Positions 12,321 through 23,902 of a stretch of DNA of 64,000 nt are shown here, piece after piece. How positions within the stretch are numbered: position 1 is the first letter of the stretch; each line of letters opens with the position of its first letter. Position numbers and translations under genes: made by a program. Source of the stretch: Tubiluchus corallicola (Eukaryota > Animalia > Priapulida). The notes under the pieces were generated by a model that saw only the letters and a list, made by a program, of their open reading frames with translations, did no database searches and had not been told where the DNA came from. The stretch lies in NCBI GenBank assembly GCA_030141605.1, contig JAQGDQ010000374.1, positions 64,830-128,829 of the forward strand. The letters are read 5' to 3'.

Positions 12321-12939
12321 TCTGAAAGTCATGGTTTTTCTTTCTGTTTTTCTTGCTCTTGCTTCTCGCGGTGACAAAATGTTTATTCAACATTTAGTCA
12401 ATTTTCGAAGTTTTTCTTTGGCTTCTGTACGATTTTCCTGCAAACCCTAGTGGTGCATGAGTAAACAGGTCGATTTATCAGGCGGTCACCAATCCATTTA
12501 TCACAAAACTGAGCGTGGTTTAACTTCGGTTGCTAACATCGGGTTGTTTGCACATAAATGTCTTCGTTATCTGTGTGTAATATGTGTGTAATATGTGTGT
12601 AATATGTGTGTAATATGTGTGTATGCGTTTCCTGTATTTACTATGTCTCATACAAAAATTTACGTAAGAAAGAACATAATAAAATGGAATCTAGAAATAT
12701 GCGTATAATTTGATCAGTGATTTGCATGACCTCGTCCATTACGATTGATGTGTACAATAGTGTCAATCTTACTCCAAAGTTTAATAGTGATAAAATGTAA
12801 TGTGAATAGGAAAGAACCAGATTAAAATCGTTTTAGTAAGCTCAAAAATGGACAAGAAAGCGAAGGGAAACGTTTAAAGACCAACCAAATATGAATAAAG
12901 CAATGATTTTTCGCTTTCAAACGCAAAATGTGTCAGTGA

Positions 12940-13153
12940 GTGAGTACGAACTACATTTTTTTAAAATATATTCTCGCGTGTTAGTGAGTACGAACTACAT
13001 TTTTTAAAAATATATTCTCGCGTGTTAGTGAGTACGAACTACTTTTTTTAAAATATATTCTCGCGTGTTAGTGAGTACGAACTACTTTTTTTAAATATAT
13101 TCTCGCGTGTTAGTGAGTACGAACTACTTTTTTTTAAATATATTCTCGCGTGT
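12940..13153 (+). repeat. Minisatellite, 42-44-bp unit, 5 copies
   Basis: GTGAGTACGAACTAC(A)TTTTTTTAAAATATATTCTCGCGTGTTA repeated. Confidence 0.93.
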
Positions 13154-13343
13154 TTGTTAGTTAAGCAGCTTTGGTCAAACTCAAAGAAATTGCAGGTTTT
13201 TAAATCGCACTCAAGCAAAACGTCTGCAGTTTTGAAGCTGACTGTAATACGGGTTGGTTTTTGGCAAACATTTGTTTACCGTGGTTTCAAAAGTTTATTT
13301 ACTATCGATAAAACAGTTATATATATATATATATATATATATA

Positions 13344-13520
13344 TTAATTCTTTATTTGTCTTTAAAATGATTCACTCATTATAATAAAATTGAGTAAGCC
13401 TCAGCGTAATGTTAAGATAACAACACTGTTCAAGACAAATGCGTCCAGTGCATACTAAAAAAACTAAAGTGCAAAACTAAGGCCTAATTATATACAATAA
13501 ATGATAAATGAACATATTTA
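13344..13520 (-). mobile_element. LINE 3'-UTR remnant abutting (TA)n
   Basis: TCTTTATTTG at its end and the CAAATGCGTCCAGTGCA motif shared with the other L-A 3' UTRs. Confidence 0.6.
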
Positions 13521-14402
13521 CAAACACCATATTAAAATATTTTTACAAAACAATATTACAAAAGTACATTAAATTTTACGTGACATATTTTACACTATAT
13601 ATACATTTGACGTGACACAATTAACAGAAACATGCTTTACATTACATAAATTTCACTCATTACATTTACACTATTTATACATTTGACATTACAAAACTAA
13701 CATAACACGTATTACATTACATAATTTTTTAGAAAAATTTTCATTTTTAATCGTTTTACGGAGTCAGGGGCGGGGGTAGATGAAAGTTGAGTCTGTGTAA
13801 TTAGTTAAATAACCTTTACATAATTTTAATTGTTTTAAACTGCTTCGAGCGTCAAACGTACACGACCCTGTCTAGTCGTAAATGAATTACATGGCAAACT
13901 TATTAACTAAAATTGCCACTTGTGAAACGAGAAATTATGGCTCATTCCTTGCAGCGTTTCCTGAAACCACGTTTAAGGCAACCGCATTGACTGCCGACTA
14001 TAATGCAGTTTGCATGGACCAGGGACTTCAGGGGAGCAAATTGGGGTCAACGTACGAAGATGAAGAAGCCAAGTTGCTCACAAGTCTACCATGTGAAATC
14101 CGGGGACGTCCCGTCTTGTGTTTAGCTGAGATCCCAGTCTAATTACATTGTTGCTACACATGCAGCTAAATGCTTTTGTGTTGTTGAAATGTATCCTATT
14201 CATGCTCCTAATAGCTGCATATAAGCACAATATGGTTCAATTTCAGAAAATTTGTTTACGTACCTTAGAGCGGAGATGTAATGAGGCTCTTTACACTTAC
14301 ACTTCTGCCAAAAACGAAAGAATAATAGAAAGATTGCACAAAATAAGCAGAAACGCATGATGACGTTTACTTTAGTGTGCGGTCTAGTCACGTGTTATTT
14401 CA

Positions 14403-14929
14403 AGGAAGACCGGATGATTGTTTAGACTCAATCGCATTTTATTTTACTGCCCAAAACATACATTTTCTTGCCTATAAGAGTTAACAATTGTTCCTTACAT
14501 TTGAATAATTAGCTTGGAAAGTTAATTAACGGCAACCGAATACAGCTATTGCTTACGTCAGAAACTAACCGCAGCTTGTGCAATGGCAGGCATCTTCCCT
14601 TGCGTTTGAGTAAATGTTATAGTACTGTTTAAACGCATGATGCTACGAAAAATGAGCTCTACATCATATGACGTCAGAAACTAACACTGCAATTCATGAT
14701 CATGGTTATCACGGTACCACTTTGTATTGTCGGCCACGCGAATGTGACAAAAAGGCGTCGCTGCCATTCTTAGTAGATTCACTGAGAAGCACGTAGCTTT
14801 GAAATTTTAACCAAATTTGGGTAATTATTATTTAATCTAAGCTTTGATTTAAAAAAAGATATTGTAGTTTTCAATATTTTAGAGTATTATTTATTCTGAA
14901 CTCATGTTTACAGAATCCTCCGTTTTCCT
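14403..14929 (+). mobile_element. MITE family A (Kolobok-like), copy 1
   Basis: Starts AGGAAGACCGGATGATTGT and ends GAATCCTCCGTTTTCCT|TTAA. Homologous over its full length to 22290-22825 and 37256-37797. Confidence 0.9.
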
Positions 14930-15794
14930 TTAAGCTTGAAGATGCGCTTTTGCTTTTTAATCGCCACTCGCTTCTAAAAACTCTCTCCTTGTAAGTTGAG
15001 TTTCTGTTTAGCAAACTAATGCAGCAACGACCAGACAATTACAGCAAATTCATTGCCGTTGACTAGCTTACTTAATTACCACAGTTTAAAAACATTAACA
15101 GACATGCATCATCATTAAAACGCATGCGCAATAAATAAGACGGAAGTTTGAAAATGAAATCATTACTTTAATGATTTAATCTGTTGCTGAGATCTAACTT
15201 CAGCATAATATTGAAGCATAAAATGACTTAAGACTAAATAAGAAAAGATTAGTCTAGAAATTTTGCACGTTACAAAGTGGTCAGAATACCAAAAACCCTG
15301 TACTGGAAATTTAGGATATTGGCCTTGTCTTGTTGTTTGTTTTGGCCACCTTGTGGCGATTTTTAGGCCTGGTCACATGATCAGGCCTGATCTTGTTCAG
15401 TGGTAGACTGAATTTTGTGAACGCAAGTCAGTTTATAATGCGTTAAAATATATTGACGTTGTGTGTCTAGAATGTTCATGATTTGGGGCTAATAACGTAC
15501 GTAGATTTTTTTTACCACTAAAAATTAGTTATTTAGTTAAATTACAAATTAGTTAAAAATTACTGCAAAGCTGTAGTGTTTCGAATGTTTAATTGTTCTT
15601 AATATCCCAAACAAGCCCATTTTATTTATGCACCCTTAAGTTAGTTGTGACCGCAGTTAAACCGTCTTCTCATACGGCTACGGCAACTGCGATGTGTTAA
15701 GTACAGTAACTCCAAAACGGAGTGTACGATAAAGTGCGACAGTAAATCCTTTTGAAGTGGACCTGCTGTACGATCTACAATTGCACAAGTTCTG

Positions 15795-16182
15795 TTCTGT
15801 CACTAAACAAGGAGTTCAACTTTGGAATACCCGGCCATCAAATTTAAAACGAATCAAGTCTTTTGACGAATTCAAATCAAAATTAAAAATGCATACATTA
15901 AATCGTTTTGAAAACCCAACATAGGTAAACGATAACATATATTCATCCGCAAATTTTATTTACCCACGTCCATTTTAAAGTGTATGTACATATTTTTATG
16001 TAATTTATTATAATTTGCTTGTAACACTATAATGTATATTTTGTTTTAAATTTTTGGCGCAGTAGTTTTTAGTTTGCACGGTACGCATTTGCCTTTAACA
16101 GTTGTGTGAATTTTATTCGCATGCTGCGATGTTCTTTTATGCTTTTATAGTTATGAATATCGATTTTTTATGGCAAATAAAG

Positions 16183-16186
<4 letters not shown>
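15795..16186 (+). mobile_element. 5'-truncated LINE 3' end (family L-A) running into (TA)n
   Basis: Closely similar to 7804-8195. Ends ATGGCAAATAAAGATTATATATA. Confidence 0.87.
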
Positions 16187-16250
<64 letters not shown>

Positions 16251-16311
16251 AAGATATAAAGATATATATATATATATATATATATATCTTTATATCTTTA
16301 AATATATATAT
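16185..16311. repeat. (TA)n tract containing a perfect 74-bp palindrome
   Basis: TTTAAAGATATAAAG-(AT)n-CTTTATATCTTTAAA. The palindrome spans 16238-16311. Confidence 0.92.
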
Positions 16312-16988
16312 TTAGGCCAACAAAGCTAAAGCTAATTAACAAGGTATTCTAATCAAGCTACTTAAAAACAGGAAATGTGAGGAATGCCTTGCAAAGTAAT
16401 CCGTGTTTTTGCAAAAGATCGACAGAAGCGTGGGTTTATTTAATGTTTACGTAAAACAAGCGCTCAAAAATTACACAAACACAACGCACCCTATACAACC
16501 ACGATACACTCGAGATGTTTTTCCAACTTGTTTACTCGAAGCCTCCTTTTTTAATAACTGCAAGCTTATACCGAACCACTGAACCACTACATTACGAATT
16601 TTCTAGTTACATTGAAGCAGCCATGTTTTCGTCCATTGTTATGACTGATAGCATAGACCGTTTGATTTTAGTAAAAAAAATCCGCACCTTTTTTCCTGTC
16701 CAGGATGCTTCCCGGTGTTGTTTCATTGTTTACATTTCGCAGCTGTTTGGTCCCGGAGCCCGTCCTGGATTCATCCCTGTTTACATAATATTTGTTTTAT
16801 GCTGAACCCCCGAGGGTGTACAACCCGGAGGAATGTCATTCCGTGGCTGTAAACAAGAAACTGTATCCACGATCCGTTGCATTTGAGAGGAACTTGCATT
16901 TAGTGGAACCACCAGCAGAAATTGAAGCAGGACATTCACTTCCCTGTTCTAGAAAATCTGAGGATGGTATTGACATTTAACTTTTACG

Positions 16989-17218
16989 TGATAATGATGA
17001 TGATGATGGTGATGATGATGGTGATGATGATGGTGGTGGTGGTGGTGATGATGATGGTGATGCTGGTGGTGGTGGTGATGGTGATGGTGATGGTGATGGT
17101 GATGGTGATGATGATGGTGATGGTGGTGGTGGTGGTGGAGGTGGTGATGATGATGATCATGAACACGATGAAGATGACGAAAACGATGATGATGATGATG
17201 ACGATGACGATGGTAAAG
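16989..17218. repeat. (GAT/GGT)n trinucleotide tract
   Basis: Seen directly in the sequence. Confidence 0.95.
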
Positions 17219-18318
17219 AAAAACTCAATAAACTTCTATAACAATAAATAAAAACAGTTGTAAGATAAGATAAACTAATACATCTTTTGCTTAGGGACCC
17301 AATCTTAAACTGTTGGTCAAAACAATCTACTCTTTAAAATATTGAAAGGAAACACACTATTTTTTTCAAAAATGACTTACGCGAAAGAATTATTACCACA
17401 CAAACACAATTTCACGTTCGCGCCACTAGTTCTTTGCCGTTACGTGCATTTCGCCATTCGCTAGTTAGACGGGCACTAGCGCCTGCATTTCGAAAACTCA
17501 TTACACAAAAACAGGTGCTGTACCTCCGAGTTCAGATGTGTTAGTTTGTGACGTTACTGCACACGTTCGACAGCTCGTGCGTGAACACAATAGTAAATTT
17601 GAAATTTGAATTTTTATCTTAAACATGCCGAGTTTTACTACAACACACTGAATATCTTACAGCAGCGCAGTAATACAGTTTTCGCTTTCGCAAACACGTG
17701 CAACACGCTCATGGAATATTTTTGATTTTTGAAATTTTGTCAGTTTGTGATGCCATCAAAAGCTGGGTTTGCCTGCCGTTAATTAAGAATTTAATCTATT
17801 AATTAATTATCAGAAATGATTCTGACGTATTACTGGTGTTAAAATGCATAATTTTTTACCTTACTTGAAAGTTGGGCAGTATATGAAAAACTGTCCGTCT
17901 TCCATTTAGATATTGCCTTAACTTGTTGTTCGTAGATTCCAGATTTAAGCCATTGTATTGTGTTAGCGCATTCCGTTAGTGCATTCCGTTTCTGTTTGTT
18001 CATGTGTCCGCCTGTTTACTACAGGAACGTATTAATTTGGAAATTGCCCAATTGCCTTGAGATTGTTTATTTATCAGCTTGCGGGAGGAATGCCTGACGT
18101 TCTATAGTCTGTGGCTAATTATTCTCAGATTGCATTAACATTTCTGACCAGTCTGCGTGGCTTCCGTGCTGGACATTGGTCATCGACGATGGTTTCATGC
18201 TAGACACCACCTGGCCAGCTTTTGCTCCGTACCGTTTACGATCATCGAACAACGAACGTTAGTAACGCTTTCTAACATATTAGCCAAATCTTCAATGGAA
18301 AAAATAGATTTGAAAACT

Positions 18319-18670
18319 AAGGACATGGCCCACAAAGTACAGGGTGTTTCAGAAGATCAAGGACATGGCCCACAAAGTACAGGGTGTTTCAGAAGACCAA
18401 AGACATAGCCTACAAAGTTCAGGGTGTTTCAGAAGACCAACGACAGCCTACAAAGTACAGGGTGTTTCAGAAGACTAAGGACATAGCGTACAAAGTACAT
18501 GGTGTTTCAGAAGACAAGGACACAGCCTACAGGGTACAGGGTGTTTCAGAAGACCAAGGACATAGCGCACAAAGTACATGGTGTTTCAGAAGACCAAGGA
18601 CACAGCCTACAAAGTGCAAGGTGTTTCAGAAGACCAAGGACATAACGTACAAAGTACAGGGTGTTTCAAA
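18319..18670 (+). repeat. Minisatellite, ~40-bp unit, ~9 copies, each containing TACAGGGTGTTTCA
   Basis: AAGGACATAGCCTACAAAGTACAGGGTGTTTCAGAAGACC repeated. Confidence 0.93.
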
Positions 18671-19139
18671 AGTCCCTATACACTATGGTTTCTAATTTTC
18701 TTTTTAATTTTTTCTCAGCACGCTCTTCCATGAACGTAAAGACGTCGTTTGTTTTTTTTATTGGAATCCCGTTGCTATGACAACGACAGTAACATTAGAA
18801 ATCATGTGTAAAATCAGTCTGTGTTGAAGTCCTTCGATCGCTAGCTGAAATTCAGGGAACCATATGGACCACATTACTATCTCACTATTAACAATGTAGT
18901 TTTTCATGAAAGTGCAGCCCTTCTTCAGCACTCGTGAGCTGTAAGTGACTTTCTCAATTCAAGTTACCCGACATGCCGTTCGATTGGTCTTTGAAGATCT
19001 TGAAGTCGCTGAATACGGAAGCGAACATAACAGAGCATAATAGTGCAGTAGTTCTTTTCGTCTGGTCATCTAATGTGAGCAGAAGAATTGCCCAAGGCTA
19101 TTGCTTTTGCTAAAAAAATGTAGAAAATGTAAAATGTAT

Positions 19140-19428
19140 AGCACCCTATACACATATGCATAGACCATGTAGGACTACAGCACCCTGCAAAAATATGCAT
19201 AGACCGTGTAGGCCTACAGCACCCTGCACACATATGCATAGACCGTGTAGGACTACAGCACCCTGTACATATGCATAGACCGTGTAGGACTACAGCACCC
19301 TGCAAAAATATGCATAGACCGTGTAGGCCTACAGCACCCTGCACACATATGCATAGACCGTGTAGGCCTACAGCACCCTGCACACATATGCATAGACCGT
19401 TTAGGCCTACAGCACCCTGTACATATGC
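19140..19428 (+). repeat. Minisatellite, 37-39-bp unit, ~7 copies, each containing CACCCTG
   Basis: GCACCCTGCACACATATGCATAGACCGTGTAGGCCTACA repeated. Confidence 0.93.
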
Positions 19429-20052
19429 GAGGCGAGGATAACGTTATTGATGCCATTATTCTGTGTCACCACCACCACCACCACCACCACCACCATCATC
19501 ATCATCACTATCACCACCACCACCATAACCATTCTCTTACTACAAACTCATTCTCAACACTTTCCAAACGCAAGTGTTTCCAGCAGTACTCTGGGCGAGG
19601 ATAACGTTATTGATGCCATTATTCTGTGTCACCACGACTCTGGTTATTACGACGCTACTAACATCTATTTACCTTTCTGCTTATCAATTTCTCGTATTCG
19701 CAGAAGTGGCATTCAGCAGCTGAAATGGCTTGGATAACTCAATTTCGAAGCAAGGTTGGCTAAATAATGAATAACGTTACGTAAACAGAACCCTGCTGTT
19801 TAAAAGAATGGACGGAACTGGTTGAGCTACAAACACTTGAATACAATGAATAGGTGTGGAGGAAAGGAACAACGCCATGTTGGAATACTTAAGCAAGCAA
19901 GTGTTGCACACGATGCACATAATGTAAAAAGCTCGTATAGGAATCGTCAACTAATTATTGACGACAGAGAAGATGGTGTAATGACGACGATGACGATAAG
20001 CATGACGTTTTACTACAATTAAGATAACAATGACGACGCTAACAAGAATATC

Positions 20053-20270
20053 AATGATGATGATGACGACGACGGCGATGACGATGATGATGATGATGAT
20101 GATGAACACGATGAATGTGATGAAAACGATGATGATGACGACGATGACGGTGACGGTGACGATGACGATGACGACGACGATGATGATGAAGACGATGAAT
20201 GTGATGGAAACGATGATAATGATGAAAACGATGATGATGATGATGATGATGATGACGATGGTAAAGATGG
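20053..20270. repeat. (GAT/GAC)n trinucleotide tract
   Basis: Seen directly in the sequence. Confidence 0.95.
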
Positions 20271-21111
20271 AAAGACGTCATAGATAAAAATCGTCCGTTA
20301 CTAATTCTGTATCTTCTGCAAGTTTTGTTCTCTAAATAACCGAGCAAAATATTCACAGATGATCACAAGTTTCGTTGAAAGAAACATCCTAGTGATTCGG
20401 ATTTGCGTCGATAGAACTCGACATTTGAAAAAGGAAACCATGGCGACATAGCTGTAGTCGCTATGGCCAAAGATTACTCAAAAGCCCATTAGCGATCCAT
20501 TACTAACTCTATAGCTTTGGTTAGAATAGTGGAGAAAAACGTGGCGACTACATTTAAGTGAATTCAATGTGCATTCAATATTCATTCTGCCAAATGTAAA
20601 TTATAAGAAAACAAATGATATGATAAGATATATGAAATTATGCCATAATAAATATGCAATGTATGAAATTATATAATAAAGCAGGCCTTTATCAGGTTAG
20701 TAGTTAATATATTATATATATTTTTAATACATGTATTACAAAAATATTTTGCATAGATATCATGAATTTTATATGGGCCAAATATAGGGGCCCATATGAT
20801 AACAAGGGGCCAAAATGATAACAAACTGCAAGTACAATTGTCAGTATAAAAATATACAAATTTTACTCTTTTAGTGACTTTCAAATTCATTAAAAAGATC
20901 AGTAAATTATTTAGGAAGATTTAGAAATCTATGCTGTTTCACTAAACCACGGTTTTCTGCAAAAACAAAATGTATAATTACGCTCAATGGCTCAATGCCC
21001 AATATGAATTTTCGCGGTAATGATGACAACTTTGGTGATGAATAAAGGCAATTTTCATGATGACAGAATAGTAGTTATACGAACTATGTGCATAGCACTG
21101 TCATCCATATC

Positions 21112-21928
21112 TACGGAGAGCCAAGTTCGATGCAAACGCCTTATTTCCAAGCGTCTGAAATTCTCTTCCGAGCGTCTAGACATGATTTCTAAGCGCAGGA
21201 GAGCTTTTTCAGGTATCAGATTATTTCCAAGCGTCTGAAATTCTCTTCCGAGCGTCTAGACATGATTTCTAAGCGCAGGAGAGCTTTTTCAGGTGTCAGA
21301 TTATTTCCAAGCGTCTGAAATTCTCTTCCGAGCGTCTAGACATGATTTCTAAGCGCAGGAGAGCTTTTTCAGGTGTCAGATTATTTCCAAGCGTCTGAAA
21401 TTCTCTTCCGAGCGTCTAGACATGATTTCTAAGCGCAGGAGAGCTTTTTCAGGTGTCAGATTATTTCCAAGTGTCTGAAATTCTCTTCCGAGCGTCTAGA
21501 CATGATTTCTAAGCACAGGAGAGCATTTTCAGGTGTCAGATTATTTCCAAGCGTCTGAAATTCTCTTCCGAGCGTCTAGACATGATTTCTAAGCGCAAGA
21601 GAGCTTTTCCAGGTGTCATATTATTTCTAAGAGTTGAGAAATCATTACAAAACGCCAGAAAATCATTTTGTGGACTTGGAAAAGAATTCCAACCACCTGG
21701 AAAGCCATCTCAGACACTTGGAAAAGAATTCCAACCACCTGGAAATCCATTTCAGACACTTGGAAAAGAATTCCAACCACCTGGAAAGCCATTTCAGACA
21801 CTTGGAAAAGAATTCCAACCACTTGGAAAGCCATTTCAGACACTTGGAAAAGAATTCCAGACAGTAGGAAAAGAATTCCAGTCAGTCGCTTGGAAATAAG
21901 TTGTTGTTGTCTTACCTGGCTTTCAATA
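21112..21928. mobile_element. Foldback-like TIR element with two opposed internal tandem arrays (80-bp x ~6 and 42-bp x ~5)
   Basis: CTTATTTCCAAGCGTCTGA (21140-21158) matches the reverse complement of TCAGTCGCTTGGAAATAAG (21882-21900) at 18/19. The outer termini TACGGAGAGCCAAG / CCTGGCTTTCAATA match more weakly. An 80-bp period runs 21141-21630 and a 42-bp period 21675-21880. Confidence 0.8.
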
Positions 21929-22289
21929 TAATTACACCGGTGTGTGACGACTGAAAACTGAGAAAGAACATATCAGATGCATTGAGAAAAACAGAGAAGC
22001 CAATGGATGACTGAAAGCTTTAGAAACTTGATAGCGACACGAAACAGAGAAGCCAGTCTGTGTTCCAAACACTCCGCTTGACTGAGGCTTCACCAGAGGC
22101 AATTTTGACAAAGAAAATATAATTATGATTGTAAGCATCGTGTCTAAGTTGTCAAATTGTTACTGGAATAAGATTAGAGATATCGACAAAATATTCTTGA
22201 TTCTTGAATGATCTAAGCAGGGCATTAGGAAGCCTGGTCTCAGTGTTTTTTTTACAACTGAACATCGTACAAACGAGTCATGGGCTTAA

Positions 22290-22825
22290 AGGAAGACCGG
22301 ACGATTGTCTAGACTCAATCTCATTTTAATTTACTATCGAATAGACATTTTCTTGCCTATAAAAGTTGGCAATTGTTTCTTATATTTGAATAATTAGCTT
22401 AGAAAGTTAATTAACTTCAACCGAACACAGCTTTTGCTTACGTCAGAAACTAACCACAGTTTGTGCAATGGCAGGCGTTTTCCCTTGCGCATCAAGCACA
22501 CTTGCATAGGTGTTACAGTACTGTTTAAACGCATATGTCACGAAAAATAGGCGCTACGTCATGTGACGTCAGAAACTAACATTGCAGTTCATGATCATGC
22601 TTATCACGGTACCGCCTTTTATTTTTCGGCGTCGCGCATGTGACAAAAAGGCGCCTCTGCCAATCTTAGTAAACTGAATGAGCTTTGAAAATTTAACGAA
22701 ATTTGAGTATCCGTGGTAATTATTATTTAATCTAAGCTTTGATTTATAAAAAGTTGTTGTAGTTTTCAATATTTTACAGCATTTTTTATTCTGAACTCTT
22801 GTTTACACAATCACCCGGTTTTCCT
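22290..22825 (+). mobile_element. MITE family A (Kolobok-like), copy 2, TTAA on both sides
   Basis: TTAA|AGGAAGACCGGACGATTGT ... ACAATCACCCGGTTTTCCT|TTAA. RR..YY termini with a TTAA target fit the Kolobok superfamily rather than piggyBac (CCC..GGG). Confidence 0.93.
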
Positions 22826-23395
22826 TTAATCTAAAATAACCATTTAAAGTTTAGCAGTTACTGCCAGCAGCAGTAACGACAACAGCAGCAGCAGAAGCGG
22901 CAGTTATTAATGCAAAGCCAGTACCATTCAACCAAGCCATTGTGCCCTGTTGGTGCAGCCTATTTAAGATCTGCATCAAAAGTTCATTGAATGTAATGCG
23001 TACATTTTCGGATATTAAATTCTTATGGTTACATCTTAGAGTCGTACTTTAGAAGTCGTTCACCTTCCTGCAGCGTGTCTTCTGAGAAATATTAGCCACA
23101 TTATCGATTCACAGTTATTAATAAAAGTTTCCTTATTGATAACCTGATATCGGTGATATGCAAACTGTTTCCACGCGCGCATGCGTCCGAGGTTACACGC
23201 GAACTGGTTCAAGATTACGTAAGTATTTGTAAAGCGCCACCTTACGGAGACATCGGGAAGGACATACTGCAAAATTTCGGTATTCAGTAATATTATAAAG
23301 AACACTATTATATCGTGTTGCATAATGCCTTCTGTTAATTTTGTTTCTTTATTTATACATTTCTTACTGTGCTAATCAACGTGTGTTTTTTTCAG

Positions 23396-23455
23396 TAAAC
23401 AATCACATGATGGCTTGAGATCTACAGGCGTTGGCGCACCGTCCCAAACACCACC
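23396..23455 (+). promoter_or_regulatory. 5' UTR part of the first coding exon, with splice acceptor, short uORF and strong Kozak context
   Basis: Branch-like GCTAAT and TTTTTTTCAG acceptor ending at 23395. An in-frame TGA lies upstream of the ATG. uORF ATGATGGCTTGA at 23407-23418. Start context ACCACCATG at 23450-23458. Confidence 0.7.
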
Positions 23456-23902
23456 ATGATGCTGAAACCAGCTAATTCTGCAAAACAGGCCCTGATTGGG
23501 AAGCCACCGCCTAGTCCCAAAGATGCTCCCGTAGGAATCTATCCCTTTGGTTTGAGCAACGATCTTGGCAGCGCTTTCGTCTTCTCCAAACCAGTGGAAA
23601 AGTGCAGCGATGTCAACAACCAAGAGGAGATTGGCATAACTGTCCACCCCCCATCCGGGTCCTCCATTTCCGCTTCACCGTTGATCCACCATCGTCCACC
23701 CACCCCTTCCCTACTGGCTCCGAAGAGGAATGAGTTGAGCAACTCTTGTCAGTCGCTGATATTGCGAGGAGTTGGTCAGAAGTCGCCAAGGTTGTCCACT
23801 CACAGTGCTTCTAGTTCCATCTTTGATTTGACCGTTGAGTCCGAGGTTCTGGAACGAGCAATTCGGACGAACGACACGAAAGTTGTGAAGAAAATGTTAG
23901 AG
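23456..23902 (+). CDS. Ankyrin-repeat protein, coding exon 1 (149 codons; Pro/Ser-rich N-terminus and a degenerate ANK-like helix pair)
   Basis: GC-richer non-repetitive ORF MMLKPANS...SEVLERAIRTNDTKVVKKMLE with a Kozak ATG. Donor GAG|GTTTGT, phase 0. Confidence 0.85.

Noticed and set aside
13882-14142. 86-aa non-repetitive ORF
   Set aside because: No recognisable motif or splice partner, and the length is within chance expectation.
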